Of a stretch of 62,373 nt of DNA, positions 61,309 through 62,373 are shown piece by piece (within the stretch, counting starts at the first letter, position 1; every line of letters starts with the position of its first letter). The translations under genes and the position numbers were made by a program. Below the pieces are notes generated by a model. It was not told where the DNA came from. It saw nothing but the letters and a program-made list of their open reading frames with translations, and searched no databases. The stretch is from Promethearchaeota archaeon. GTDB lineage: Archaea > Asgardarchaeota > Lokiarchaeia > Sigyniarchaeales > SOKP01. The stretch spans positions 1-62,373 of the forward strand of contig JAEOTR010000066.1 in the NCBI GenBank assembly GCA_016839705.1. Direction: 5' to 3'.

Positions 61309-61443
61309 TTTTAACCAAAATATATATTATTTTTTCTATTATAAATATGATTATAAATAAATTTATATGTATTCATTTAGTAAACAAACCAATCCATAAT
61401 ATTTCTGTATATTTAATTGAATAAAACTGGATTAAACACAAAA

Positions 61444-62373
61444 ATGCCAACTGAACATTTAAAATGGATTAAAAATCCAAAAATCTATGAAATTAATACT
61501 TGGCCTTGGTTGAATTCTCTTTCAGAAATTTACAATACGCCAATAACTCTACAAAACATCCCCGAAGAGATTTTTAATAGAGATATAAGCTTATTTGATG
61601 CGATTTGGTTAATGGGGGTGTGGGAGAGGAGCCCAGCAAGCAAGAAAATTGCTCTTGAGCATCCTGATTTACAGAGGGAGTACCATAAAGCTTTACATGC
61701 GTTTCGAGATGAAGATGTAGTTGGTTCACCATATTCTGTTTATTACTATAATGTAGATAGGAGTATTGGCGGAGTTGAAGGATTACAAAAAGTACGACAA
61801 CAATTATCTGAACGAGGCATTCGGTTATTACTTGACTATGTTCCTAATCATGTTTCCATTGATTCTCTTTGGACATTAGAGTCTAACCTATTTATTGAAG
61901 GAACATTAGAGGACCTAATGAGTCGTCCGTATGATTTTTTTAGTCTTTCAGAAAAGATCTATGCTCATGGTCGGGATCCCAATTTCCCTGGTTGGACCGA
62001 TACGATTCAAATCAATGCTTTTTCAGCAGAAGCGAGACAAAAGACGATTAAAACTTTATTAAGCATGTCGGAATTGTGTGATGGGGTTCGTTGTGATATG
62101 ACGATGTTAATGACAAATAGAATTTTTAGAAAAACTTGGGGAGAAAAAGCAGGACAAGTACCTGAAAAAGAATTTTGGGAGGAAATCATTACTGCTGTTA
62201 AGAATAAATTTCCAGATTTTTTATTTATCGCTGAAGTTTATTGGGGTATGGAATGGGAGTTACAACAGCAAGGTTTTGATTTTTGCTATGATAAACGATT
62301 GTATGAAAGGTTAACTCATGAAAATGTAAGTTTTATTGAGGAACATCTCATGGCAGATTTAGGATATCAAAAT
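61444..62373 (+). CDS. GH13 alpha-amylase family protein (partial, runs off window end)
   Basis: Manual translation MPTEHLKWIKNPKIYEINTW..., GSPYSV, LLDYVPNHV, DGVRCDM, FIAEVYW. Confidence 0.9.
   Translation, partial: MPTEHLKWIKNPKIYEINTWPWLNSLSEIYNTPITLQNIPEEIFNRDISLFDAIWLMGVWERSPASKKIALEHPDLQREYHKALHAFRDEDVVGSPYSVYYYNVDRSIGGVEGLQKVRQQLSERGIRLLLDYVPNHVSIDSLWTLESNLFIEGTLEDLMSRPYDFFSLSEKIYAHGRDPNFPGWTDTIQINAFSAEARQKTIKTLLSMSELCDGVRCDMTMLMTNRIFRKTWGEKAGQVPEKEFWEEIITAVKNKFPDFLFIAEVYWGMEWELQQQGFDFCYDKRLYERLTHENVSFIEEHLMADLGYQN

Noticed and set aside
1043-62189. Many 60-134 aa ORFs overlapping or antisense to longer genes (e.g. 6621-7016, 12049-12369, 34258-34557, 47653-47934, 54734-55138, 62007-62189)
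   Set aside because: Shadow ORFs of well-supported genes, with no motifs of their own.

Overview
AT-rich archaeal chromosomal segment, most likely from an Asgard archaeon of the Lokiarchaeia type. This is inferred from RadA, CdhA, an A/V-type ATPase and EndA together with several eukaryotic-signature proteins (Arf/Rag-like GTPases with roadblock/longin-like domains, an MPN domain, V4R, and a vWA-RING-RING protein). The window holds an alpha-glucan/glycogen cluster (GalT-like, NDP-sugar pyrophosphorylase, two GH57 branching enzymes, a PMM-like protein, and a distal GH13), a rearranged A/V-ATPase operon with a second, possibly non-catalytic A subunit, and a 2-hydroxyacyl-CoA dehydratase/activase cluster. 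The most notable signal is two protein-coding genes interrupted by short hairpin insertions (32 nt at 55470-55501 and 30 nt at 61187-61216). Both can be folded by hand into bulge-helix-bulge (BHB) motifs, and canonical cleavage would restore the reading frame exactly. They are candidate tRNA-endonuclease-type mRNA introns, and an EndA with a Crenarchaea-specific-loop-like insert lies in the same window. A second unusual feature is a stack of displaced 3' ends of the GH57 gene flanking accessory cassettes, which suggests a recurrent integration hotspot. No rRNA, tRNA, CRISPR array or transposase was recognised. All calls come from motif recognition by eye; no searches were run.
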